IMG/VR virus record: IMGVR_UViG_3300044522_000179
Location: 1-64,000 of that record
Source: a virus
Lineage: Duplodnaviria; Caudoviricetes
Length of the DNA stretch: 64,000 nucleotides
Strand: one strand, 5' to 3'
Every line of letters begins with the position of its first letter. Position 1 is the first letter of the stretch. The notes beneath the pieces were generated by a model that saw nothing but the letters and a program-made list of their open reading frames with translations, made no database searches and had not been told where the DNA came from. Of this stretch, positions 7,003-15,355 are shown one piece after another. Made by a program: the position numbers and the translations under genes.

Positions 7003-8799
7003 TTATAGTGTTTTTAGTCCATCCAAATAGTCTTTTATCTCATCTATTTGGCTAGGTTTATATTGTATCACATTGCGACTCTCCAGGTCAAATTGCTCTT
7101 CTGGAGTCTTTGGTCTGTCTTTAAAGGTGTGAACCTCTACTTCAGTGTCTATATTTTTTGGAGTATGTGATATTGCTCCAAATATTGCTCCACACACAGC
7201 ATCAGCCAAGTCCTTTGACTTTTTGCGTGGGTGATCAACTCTGTCATTTTTCATAATCTTTAACTGTGTTAGTTCATCAAATAATAAATCTATTGCTGGC
7301 ATAGCAAGTCTTTCCTCATATACAAGCATAGCCATATCTTCATAATGTTTTTTAGCAACAGAAACAGTATCAGTTTTCATTCCAACCTGCTTGAGTTCAT
7401 TCTGAATATCAAATGATTGCCAACGGTCAAATGAAACCATGCCAATATCAAAACCTATTCTTCTAAGGTTCTGAATCCATTGCTTAACTTCTGAAAGATT
7501 AACTGGGCCTTCTACCTTTGGTTCCCACCATGCTACTGCATCTACTACTACAATTGGTGCTACTTGTTCGTAGTTGTTGATGACTTGTATGTTTACCCAT
7601 TTTTCTACATGTGCAATAGCAACAGCACACTTATCGTGCTTCTGGGCAAGGTCAGCATGCACATAATACTTTTTAGTTGGATCTGGTTTAAAGGCTTCGT
7701 CAAACCTTCTAAAGTTATCCACAGGGTTTCTAAGTGTCATGCAGGCTTTTACTTTTTCTTGTTGCTTAAAGAATGCATCAGAAGCAAAGGTTGGTACGCA
7801 GGTAAAGCGCATCATTGCATCTCCAAGGTCAGTCATAAAAGCAATCTTAAAATCATCAATCTGTCTTGTTGGGTTTACTTCCCATGTAGGTCTTTTTAGT
7901 GCGAACACTCCAGGGTATTTGTACGAGATTATGTGGTCTTCATCCCAGGAAATTTCAAACTTATTGTTTGGGTCTGTATCTGGTAGCAATGGGTTAATGA
8001 TAAACTCGTGGGTTCTTTCAACTACTTCTTTTTCTGCAACAACTGCATCATACTTCTCTGAGATATAGTCTCCTGGGTATCTTGGGAATGAAAGCAAAAC
8101 AACTTTGCCAAGGTCTGGGAAACGAGAGTCAACTGATCCACGGAAAGCCTTGTAGATATTCTCAGCAGTCTTACCTTGTTCATTACCTGTTCCAACTTCA
8201 GATGCAAAACCAGAGATCTCATCAAGCACTGCAAGAAGAAGGTTTAAACCCTCATGCGATTCTCTTTCTGAGTGACCAGAGTAAACAGTTATAGACTTAT
8301 CAAACTCAACTGAGTCTGCTTTTGCATAGTACTTTCCAGCAAACCATGGGGATCTTTCAATCTTTGATTTAAAACCTTTAAAGAAAACATTCTTAGCCTG
8401 TTGAGCGTTAATAGCAACGTTAATTAAATCAATAGCATCTCCTGCTGGCTTACCAAAATACTTTGCTGGGTCTTTCAAACATAAAAGTTTGTATACGATA
8501 TATGCACATGCTACTGTTGATACAAAGTCTTTTCCAGATCCCTTGCCAAGTTGCAGGATAATCTCATTCTTGGTATATTTTTCAAAGTATCTTGTACCTT
8601 CTTCTTCTCCCATTATGTCAATGAGATCTTCTTTACGATATATCTGACTCATTGCTTCAACAATGTCATATTGAATATCAGAAAGTCCAGGCTGACCTAG
8701 ATAGGCTTCACCCTCAACAAATGTCTTTGCATTTACTGGTGTCTCTTGAAAATGGTTATCCTTAAGTACTTCAAGAAAATCATTGAACGTCGTGGACAA
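7003..8799 (-). CDS. terL: Terminase large subunit
   Basis: Walker A GKGSGKD, Walker B LLAVLDE, nuclease HADLA, and DHP...KDLADA. Confidence 0.9.
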   Translation of the reverse strand: MSTTFNDFLEVLKDNHFQETPVNAKTFVEGEAYLGQPGLSDIQYDIVEAMSQIYRKEDLIDIMGEEEGTRYFEKYTKNEIILQLGKGSGKDFVSTVACAYIVYKLLCLKDPAKYFGKPAGDAIDLINVAINAQQAKNVFFKGFKSKIERSPWFAGKYYAKADSVEFDKSITVYSGHSERESHEGLNLLLAVLDEISGFASEVGTGNEQGKTAENIYKAFRGSVDSRFPDLGKVVLLSFPRYPGDYISEKYDAVVAEKEVVERTHEFIINPLLPDTDPNNKFEISWDEDHIISYKYPGVFALKRPTWEVNPTRQIDDFKIAFMTDLGDAMMRFTCVPTFASDAFFKQQEKVKACMTLRNPVDNFRRFDEAFKPDPTKKYYVHADLAQKHDKCAVAIAHVEKWVNIQVINNYEQVAPIVVVDAVAWWEPKVEGPVNLSEVKQWIQNLRRIGFDIGMVSFDRWQSFDIQNELKQVGMKTDTVSVAKKHYEDMAMLVYEERLAMPAIDLLFDELTQLKIMKNDRVDHPRKKSKDLADAVCGAIFGAISHTPKNIDTEVEVHTFKDRPKTPEEQFDLESRNVIQYKPSQIDEIKDYLDGLKTL

Positions 8800-9316
8800 C
8801 GGTAATCACCTCGTTGTCTTTTGCAAACGAAGAAAGTCTACGCATAATCTCATCACGAACCTGTGGATACTCAGATGCAATATCTTTTAATATTAAAACA
8901 AGAACTTCTTGACGTCTCTCAATCTCCATCATTTCTTCTGCAAGTTCTTTATTCTCAAGCAGACCAGCCTTTTGTAGCATGTCAATACGCTTAGACTCAA
9001 TATCCATGACAAGTTTAATTGCAGCAGTCTTTGCGCTAAGATTGTTTGTCATTGATGCTTCATCAATAACTTCATATGTACGAGAAACTAATTTGCTATA
9101 ATGAGTATCTGCTGCTGCAAGGGCTTCCTTAGCACGAGCACGGATAGCATCATTAGCAGATGCCATAACCTTCCACTCATTGATAAGTGTTACAACTCTT
9201 TGTCTTGGTATTGAAAGTTGCTTAGAGATTACAGTTGGGTCATTGCCCTTAAGGTATTCTTCTACTACCTGATTTACTTGGTCAAGGTGCTTAACTAGAT
9301 CATCTTCAGTTGACAT
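8780..9316 (-). CDS. HTH/helical protein, candidate terminase small subunit
   Basis: N-terminal HTH-like PTVISKQLSIPRQRV; overlaps the terL start. Confidence 0.55.
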   Translation of the reverse strand: MSTEDDLVKHLDQVNQVVEEYLKGNDPTVISKQLSIPRQRVVTLINEWKVMASANDAIRARAKEALAAADTHYSKLVSRTYEVIDEASMTNNLSAKTAAIKLVMDIESKRIDMLQKAGLLENKELAEEMMEIERRQEVLVLILKDIASEYPQVRDEIMRRLSSFAKDNEVITVVHDVQ

Positions 9317-9548
9317 ATTTTCCTTCTAGTCTATTAATTTCATCCTTGATATAGAAAATTGCTTTCTCAAGATCTTGTATTGTCTTTGCTTCATCTTTAA
9401 GTCCTGCTCTCCACAGATACTTAAATGCATTACCAATATTAAAATTACGATGACGAGTTATCTCAATGCACTCAATGCCAGATGGGTCTGAGGTGTAGTG
9501 TAAAGGGTTGTTAACTTGGTCAACTGTTATGTTTAAACTATCACTCAT
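9306..9548 (-). CDS. DUF3310-family protein (T7 gp1.7 nucleotide kinase-like)
   Basis: DQVNNPLHY...IECIE...FNIGNAFKYLWRAGLK...DLEKAIFYI; start moved to MSDSL. Confidence 0.8.
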   Translation of the reverse strand: MSDSLNITVDQVNNPLHYTSDPSGIECIEITRHRNFNIGNAFKYLWRAGLKDEAKTIQDLEKAIFYIKDEINRLEGKYVN

Positions 9549-9663
9549 CGTCTGTCTCCCAATCAAATGCTTCTGGAATTCCTTTTAATGCAGCAAATGC
9601 AAAAGCAAAACCAACAGCACCTGCTACAGCAAGTGCTACTAACGCTTTCTCAACTTTATTCAT
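9541..9663 (-). CDS. 40-aa single-TM protein MNKVEKALVALAVAGAVGFAFAFAALKGIPEAFDWETDDE
   Basis: Hand translation; RBS GAGGAGG; ATGA overlap with the upstream gene. Confidence 0.7.
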   Translation of the reverse strand: MNKVEKALVALAVAGAVGFAFAFAALKGIPEAFDWETDDE

Positions 9664-9815
9664 CGTTTTGACCTCCTCAATCCAAACTTAGCAAGGTATA
9701 CGTAAATAGTCTCTAGACTAACTCCGCACTCCTTCGCAATCTCTTCTGGAGTCTTCTTGTCCATAAGATATCTCTTACGCATAAAGACTTCTGATGTATA
9801 TAGTTTAGCAGCCAT
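9660..9815 (-). CDS. 51-aa HTH DNA-binding protein
   Basis: Hand translation MAAKLYTSEVFMRKRYLMDKKTPEEIAKECGVSLETIYVYLAKFGLRRSKR. Confidence 0.8.
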   Translation of the reverse strand: MAAKLYTSEVFMRKRYLMDKKTPEEIAKECGVSLETIYVYLAKFGLRRSKR

Positions 9816-9819
9816 AATA

Positions 9820-10410
9820 TTATTTGTCAACTCCAATTGCTTTCCCCCAATTTTTTACAGCCCAGTGACCAATCCCACAAGCATCTGCAACATCATTATC
9901 AGTAATAGTTCTATCATAGATTGTGTTAATAAATTTTATTGTTCTTTCTTTACGAAGGTTTCTTTCGTATGTCTTATACCAAGAGATAGACTTTCCAGGA
10001 TATTGATATCTTATGACAACCTGTTCATCTTTAGATATTTTTTTATTTCCTATGTAGTTCTGCCAAGTAATCGGAGAAACAGTTCCAATTACTTTTGTTC
10101 CTGATTGGCCTGCTGCCCCAAGGATTGCTCCCTGAACTAATGCAAGATCAGCAGCAGTTTTTGGACTATTCATAAACACTGTGTGCTCAATAATTATTGC
10201 CTCAAACCCTCCATAGTAATCAAAAAATCCCTTTACTTTTTTCCCTGCGTCCATAACTTTTTCATAGGTATTGTTTCCTTGAAAATTAATCTTACCCACT
10301 ATACCTAGATTTTCTCCAGAAAACAAAGAAAAAGCAAGGCTGTTGGTACTGGCGTCAATGGCACAAATGGTTTTTGGAGGTAATTCCATACCCCACTTAT
10401 TCTTTGCCAT
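9820..10410 (-). CDS. RuvC-like Holliday junction resolvase
   Basis: AIDAST, IIIEH and DNDVADACGIG acidic catalytic motifs. Confidence 0.8.
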   Translation of the reverse strand: MAKNKWGMELPPKTICAIDASTNSLAFSLFSGENLGIVGKINFQGNNTYEKVMDAGKKVKGFFDYYGGFEAIIIEHTVFMNSPKTAADLALVQGAILGAAGQSGTKVIGTVSPITWQNYIGNKKISKDEQVVIRYQYPGKSISWYKTYERNLRKERTIKFINTIYDRTITDNDVADACGIGHWAVKNWGKAIGVDK

Positions 10411-10681
10411 TCATGTACCCCTTAATATTTTTTATTGCTTTCGTTACATCCTTTGGATTAACATTACAAATACTACAAAGTTCTTCATCATTATAAATAG
10501 AAAGTTTTTCGTTACAAGATTTACATCTTCTATCTTTACCAATCCTATTTTTTCTTTTACCCATCATATAGCGAAGAGCAATTTTTTCTTTTGTTGATTT
10601 TTCTCTACACTCTGAAGAGCAATATATTTGATAATTTATCTCTGTTTGAAATTGTTTGTCACACCATTGGCAAATTACCAT
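10397..10681 (-). CDS. Cys-rich zinc-finger protein
   Basis: CQWC...YCSSEC...CKSC...CSIC. Confidence 0.7.
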   Translation of the reverse strand: MVICQWCDKQFQTEINYQIYCSSECREKSTKEKIALRYMMGKRKNRIGKDRRCKSCNEKLSIYNDEELCSICNVNPKDVTKAIKNIKGYMNGKE

Positions 10682-11459
10682 CTAGAGGCTCCATAGACTT
10701 TAGTTTAAAGTCTCCCTTACCAGCAGCATCACATGCCTTTTTAATTGGACACGATTTGCAAATTTTTGAATTTGAGCGATAGTTCTTTTCAGGAAGGGTC
10801 CTGTCAACCCAAGCCTTACGAACTGATCTCATCCATTCAAACGTCTGGTCTACCCACCGACGATAATAATCATTTACTTCTACTGGAAGAATAAGCAATT
10901 CATGATTGTTTTTATTTTCATAAATAAGAACTGCTTTAGGCTTCTTAAGAATTTTCATATAAATAAGCAACTGGATTAAATGACCAGTCTTTGGTTTCAT
11001 GTGCGCCTTACGGTACTCAAACCCTTCGTTCATCATTGTTTTAATTTCACCAAGAAGTTCTTCTCCCTGCCAATTAACAATAACATCTCCGTAACCAAAG
11101 ATTGGTGGATCGTTATGTGTAATCTTAAACTCTGAATCAACAAGGAAATCTGGTACATTGCCCATAGCCTCTTGAATTCTTTCATGGGACTTTGTCCCAG
11201 CAGTCATGTTTGCTGCGCTATATGGTGTTGCATCATCCTCAAACATTTGTCCGTCAAAAGCAAGGTACCAGTATCTTGGACACTCTCCATGCCCATAGGC
11301 AATAGTTGATGGTGCAAAAGTTTTCTTTTGTGTTTGTTTGTCAATACGGTTAACTGTATAACCAGACTGAATTTTTTCAGTTAGCCCAGCAGCATCCACT
11401 GGGTGGATAGGTGCCTTTTCTTGCTTAACCATAATCTGTTGCAATAAACTTTTTGTCAT
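10659..11459 (-). CDS. Cas4-like PD-(D/E)xK exonuclease
   Basis: CPR, GTKSHE, GYGD...EIKT, QLLIY and C-terminal CKSCPIKKAC. Confidence 0.85.
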   Translation of the reverse strand: MTKSLLQQIMVKQEKAPIHPVDAAGLTEKIQSGYTVNRIDKQTQKKTFAPSTIAYGHGECPRYWYLAFDGQMFEDDATPYSAANMTAGTKSHERIQEAMGNVPDFLVDSEFKITHNDPPIFGYGDVIVNWQGEELLGEIKTMMNEGFEYRKAHMKPKTGHLIQLLIYMKILKKPKAVLIYENKNNHELLILPVEVNDYYRRWVDQTFEWMRSVRKAWVDRTLPEKNYRSNSKICKSCPIKKACDAAGKGDFKLKSMEPLDGNLPMV

Positions 11460-11494
11460 ATTTTACTCGTTTCTATTACTATAAGTATAGCAGA

Positions 11495-11800
11495 CTAGCG
11501 TGTAATATATTTGAGTGCCGACACTAAATTGTTAATAGATTCTGCAGCAGTGTAGTAGATATTCTTTTTACCACGATCTGATTTGTCAACATTAGCCATC
11601 CAGGTGGCTTTAAAGGCCATTTTAGCAGCAATGGCTTGTAGTCTCACTATTTCAACCGTAGCAACATTTAAAGGTATGTCTGGCTTAAGAATGACTTTGG
11701 CTATAAAAGTTAAAGCAGTTGTAAGTTCTTCGTCACCCATGTAGTCTGCAATTTCTGACAATCCATTTATCATGTCTATCGTTGTATTGTTTTGTTCCAT
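11495..11800 (-). CDS. Hypothetical helical phage protein
   Basis: ORF track; tightly packed in the operon. Confidence 0.75.
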   Translation of the reverse strand: MEQNNTTIDMINGLSEIADYMGDEELTTALTFIAKVILKPDIPLNVATVEIVRLQAIAAKMAFKATWMANVDKSDRGKKNIYYTAAESINNLVSALKYITR

Positions 11801-11801
11801 T

Positions 11802-12608
11802 TTATCCCATCGATTCTATTGATATACCATCTAAAATTCCGTCTTCATTCCATTTTTTAAATGCTGACTGCATATCCTGTCTTGATTGTAACTCATCTAA
11901 ATATTTTTTTCTTTTGTCTTTATTTTTTTCTGGATCAATAGGATTATCTTCACCAGTAAAACGATAACTTGTTGTAGGGCAATAGTCCATGCTTATAATC
12001 TCACAAAACTCACCTTCTTTAAACTTACGCTTTGGTCGCCAATGTATTTGATTAACAGCACTAAAGACAATTGTTTGTCCGCTCTTCAGGGAGTATTTTG
12101 TAAAATTATTAGTATCATCCCAGTTACTTACATACAGGTCCCAATCTATATTTGTGTTTGGACAGTAGTTAATAGTTACAAGATTTTCATCAGCATCTAG
12201 GTGTGGTGGTAAGGCTGGAGAGTTATCTCCATAACCATAGTTTATATTATAATCAATATAGTTCCAGTGACATAAGGCTATGTCTCCCTTATATAGTGGC
12301 TTTGCGATTTCATCTAAACGCTTTTCGCAATCTTCTGGCATGTCAAATTCAATTAACATTCTTGCCATGTTGCGTGGGATCTTTGGCTGATATCGACTTT
12401 TAAATTCTGATTGACGAATATATCCATCTTCAATCTTATCACCAATAAAGAAAGGCTCAATAAGTCTATTCTCTTCAATTCTTCTTCTTATCTCTGCATC
12501 TTGTTCAGCAGTAAATAGATCATCTATATAGAATGGCAATGGCTTTGTATAGTTTTCAAAGCCAGTTAGATATTTGTGAAGACCTGGAACACTATTCTGA
12601 GTCGTCAT
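11802..12608 (-). CDS. 2OG-Fe(II) oxygenase-like protein
   Basis: LPPHLD (HxD) ... NQIHWR (distal His); start moved to MTTQN. Confidence 0.7.
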   Translation of the reverse strand: MTTQNSVPGLHKYLTGFENYTKPLPFYIDDLFTAEQDAEIRRRIEENRLIEPFFIGDKIEDGYIRQSEFKSRYQPKIPRNMARMLIEFDMPEDCEKRLDEIAKPLYKGDIALCHWNYIDYNINYGYGDNSPALPPHLDADENLVTINYCPNTNIDWDLYVSNWDDTNNFTKYSLKSGQTIVFSAVNQIHWRPKRKFKEGEFCEIISMDYCPTTSYRFTGEDNPIDPEKNKDKRKKYLDELQSRQDMQSAFKKWNEDGILDGISIESMG

Positions 12609-13209
12609 TAGTAAAACCACCGTTTGCAAAGAACTGTTCCATATAGATAGACGCTTTTTCTTTTAGCACCTTATTAATTTCTAGGTCTTTTGTTTCTGCT
12701 TCTGGATCTACAAAATGAAAAAACACCATCTCCACAAACTCATTGTCTGCAAAGTTCTTAGGCTCTCTCCAGTGAATCTGATGTGTTCCACTAAATGTTA
12801 ATGCCTGATTATCTTTTAATGTAAAACTTTGATCTGGCTCAACAATAAGTGGCCACTCAACATTTGACTGTATCTGATAATCAAAAGTGAATCTAGGCTC
12901 TTTAAATGTTTCATCGTAATGTGGAAACAATGATGGCTTGTAATGAAATTTACCACAGTTACTTGTTACGTTATTGTACCTTGCGTGGCAGTACTCTGAC
13001 AAAATAATTCTTTTATTTCCACTTACAGATCTTGCAATACTCGTAACTTTTTCAATAATTGCATCTGGCAACTGAATAAAAGTATTTGCCTGGGCATGGT
13101 TCTTTATAAAAGATCCACCGCTATTATTCTGTACGGCCTTATAAATTTCGTTGACTTCTTGGCTAGTAAAGACATTCTCTACTATTGTATTTATTTCATC
13201 TTGTTTCAT
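12592..13209 (-). CDS. 2OG-Fe(II) oxygenase-like protein
   Basis: LFPHYD ... FTFDYQ ... THQIHWRE ... MVFFHF. Confidence 0.75.
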   Translation of the reverse strand: MKQDEINTIVENVFTSQEVNEIYKAVQNNSGGSFIKNHAQANTFIQLPDAIIEKVTSIARSVSGNKRIILSEYCHARYNNVTSNCGKFHYKPSLFPHYDETFKEPRFTFDYQIQSNVEWPLIVEPDQSFTLKDNQALTFSGTHQIHWREPKNFADNEFVEMVFFHFVDPEAETKDLEINKVLKEKASIYMEQFFANGGFTNDDSE

Positions 13210-13233
13210 ATTGTCTCCTTGTATTGTAGTAGT

Positions 13234-13899
13234 TTAGTCTTTATATAACTCTTCATTTGCTTCAAGATTGTAAAATTGAGAAAGAAATCTTGTTCTTTCT
13301 GATAAAATCATATCTTGATCTTTATCAAGAGGTGTTGGATCTATGTATTCTAAATGACAAAAAATCATATCTATTTTGTTTCCAGGAAGAATTTTTGTAA
13401 TTTCCCTCCAATGCGTTTGCTGTGTTCCAGCAAAAACTAGTGCTTGATTGTCTTTTAAAAAATAACTTTTATCTTCTACAACAAGGCCCCAGTCTTGATC
13501 AGCGTGAACTTGAATATCAAACGTAATTCTTTGTTCATCTCTTAAGTCGCAATGTGGAAAAAGTTTACACTCATATCCGTAGGCTGGATCATACCTTGCA
13601 AACGAATAATCCCCAACTAATCTAACCTTGCCAGCAAGAGATGTCTTTTCTATAGCCTTGTTAATTTTGTCTTCAATTTCTGGAAGTTTTACATGCCAGG
13701 CTCTATGCCCAGCCCACTTTTGTAATTTTGTTTTGTCTTCTGGGGTATTATTTACAATGCTATAAATATAAGCAACATCTGCTTCATCAAAAATATCATC
13801 AACAATCATAACTTCAAAGTCTTGGTTAGAGACCTTTTCTTGAGATTTTACTAGGTTTTGATATTGATCGTAAGCCCTACCCTTAATTCCTTGTTCCAT
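13234..13899 (-). CDS. 2OG-Fe(II) oxygenase-like protein, leaderless
   Basis: LFPHCD ... ITFDIQ ... QQTHWRE ... MIFCHL; TGGTATAAT ends 6 nt before the ATG. Confidence 0.75.
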   Translation of the reverse strand: MEQGIKGRAYDQYQNLVKSQEKVSNQDFEVMIVDDIFDEADVAYIYSIVNNTPEDKTKLQKWAGHRAWHVKLPEIEDKINKAIEKTSLAGKVRLVGDYSFARYDPAYGYECKLFPHCDLRDEQRITFDIQVHADQDWGLVVEDKSYFLKDNQALVFAGTQQTHWREITKILPGNKIDMIFCHLEYIDPTPLDKDQDMILSERTRFLSQFYNLEANEELYKD

Positions 13900-13901
13900 A
13901 A

Positions 13902-14192
13902 TTATATTATACCACTATCTGATATCTGTTCCAATATTGACATCTCTATTATTGCAAGCCTAACCTTTGCGTTTCCTTCGCCAATCACAACAACTATGGC
14001 AGGATCTTTTCCATTCTTCATTGCATCTGTTGTTGCCTTTGCCCAAACCTCTTTGTTTAATGTAAAAGACTTTCCAACTTCTTTAAAATCTACAACAAAG
14101 TTTCTCCAAGAGGCATCCCCCTTTTGAGTGTTACGACCAGAGTTCTTATGCTGCTTAGCCCCTATTCTTTTGGACTCACTCTTCTCTGTCAT
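13902..14192 (-). CDS. Small PD-(D/E)xK endonuclease/resolvase-like protein
   Basis: NSGR...KGDA...VDFKE...SFTLN; start moved to MTEKSE. Confidence 0.7.
   Translation of the reverse strand: MTEKSESKRIGAKQHKNSGRNTQKGDASWRNFVVDFKEVGKSFTLNKEVWAKATTDAMKNGKDPAIVVVIGEGNAKVRLAIIEMSILEQISDSGII
13906..13914 (-). promoter_or_regulatory. Extended -10 TGGTATAAT, leaderless
   Basis: Sits in the last codons of the upstream gene; 6-nt spacer to the ATG at 13899. Confidence 0.75.
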
Positions 14193-14352
14193 TACCCTTC
14201 CATTTCTGCTTTCCAAACTTGACCGTGCTTAGATGTTTACTTGGACACATCCAGGTCATTGTCTTTGTTTCTGAATAAAGTCTTAGTGACCTTACTTCTA
14301 CCTTGCATTCATGGCAAACAAACTTTCCATTGTAAACAGTAAAGTTAGCCAC
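14176..14352 (-). CDS. Small zinc-ribbon protein
   Basis: GTG start, CHEC...WMCPSKH; overlaps both neighbours. Confidence 0.65.
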   Translation of the reverse strand: MANFTVYNGKFVCHECKVEVRSLRLYSETKTMTWMCPSKHLSTVKFGKQKWKGNDREE

Positions 14353-15355
14353 TGAGTTTTGCCTTGATTGATTCTTGCAAATCAAGATCCTCTCTTACAC
14401 GATTAACAAATGCCTCTTTGCCTTGGACTTTTGATCCATCAGGAAGAATGTACCATGCACCTGTACGCTCTACGATACCATTTAATTCAGCAGTAGTAAC
14501 AAGATCACCGATGGTGTCAAGACCAATATCATTACCTCTAAAATAAAAATCATACTCGCCAGATTGAAACCCTGGGGAGGTTTTTGAGAACTGGAGTTCC
14601 CATTTAATAGTTCTACCAATTTTTTCTTCAATTAATTTGTCTCCTACCTTAATCTTTCCTTTAATCGCTTGATTGTCTGACTCGGAACTAAATAACTTAA
14701 CAATGCAAGAAGAATAAAACTTAGTAGCCTGACCACCAGAAGGCTGCTGGCTAGTATACATAGCGTTAATATTATTGCGAGACTGGGAAATAAGAACAAG
14801 AAGAGTAGGCTTAACCTTGTTGTTAGCATAATTAAGCATTTTCCATGCGTTACTAAAGTCACGAGATTCTGCCCCAATCTGCTTTGTATTTTCTAATGCC
14901 TTCATCTCATCTGTATCTTTTTCAAAATAGATTGCTGGAAGCATTGATGTAATAGAGTCTACCACGATTAAGTCAACACCAGCGTTCATTAATCCAACAC
15001 CTACATCTACCATGTCACTAATAGTTCTTGCCTGTGAATAGATTAGTTTTTCTGGATCTACCCCCAAAGTTCTAGCCCAATCTTCTGAGTATGACATTTC
15101 TGAGTCTATCCATGCACACAGTTTTCCTTCGGCTTGTGCTAGAGCAATCATCTGAAGGCACATAGAAGACTTTGCAGAGGACTTGGAGCCCCATATAAGA
15201 ACTTGTCTGCCATAAGGTAGGCCTCCTCCTAGAGCACGGTTTAAACCAAAACTAGGTGTTGGTTGATATTCATAGTTAACCCCCACACCAGTTCCAAGTC
15301 TTTTCCTTAACTTAGGATCAAGTTGTGCTAACGCCTCTTCTATACTAACTGACAT
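14345..15355 (-). CDS. recA: RecA-like recombinase
   Basis: LNRALGGGLPYGR, variant Walker A GSKSSAKSS, WIDSE, LIVVDSI, ISQSR, GGQATKFYSS, GAWY. Confidence 0.9.
   Translation of the reverse strand: MSVSIEEALAQLDPKLRKRLGTGVGVNYEYQPTPSFGLNRALGGGLPYGRQVLIWGSKSSAKSSMCLQMIALAQAEGKLCAWIDSEMSYSEDWARTLGVDPEKLIYSQARTISDMVDVGVGLMNAGVDLIVVDSITSMLPAIYFEKDTDEMKALENTKQIGAESRDFSNAWKMLNYANNKVKPTLLVLISQSRNNINAMYTSQQPSGGQATKFYSSCIVKLFSSESDNQAIKGKIKVGDKLIEEKIGRTIKWELQFSKTSPGFQSGEYDFYFRGNDIGLDTIGDLVTTAELNGIVERTGAWYILPDGSKVQGKEAFVNRVREDLDLQESIKAKLSG

Noticed and set aside
5881-7008. Long plus-strand ORFs (5881..6552, 6634..7008) and similar ones at 38748..39374, 46395..46943 and 59987..63162
   Set aside because: Antisense shadows of strongly codon-biased minus-strand genes; no RBS, promoter or recognisable motifs.
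10659-11459. Cas4-like gene as part of a CRISPR-Cas system
   Set aside because: Solo Cas4-like nucleases are common in phage recombination modules; no other cas gene or array is present.
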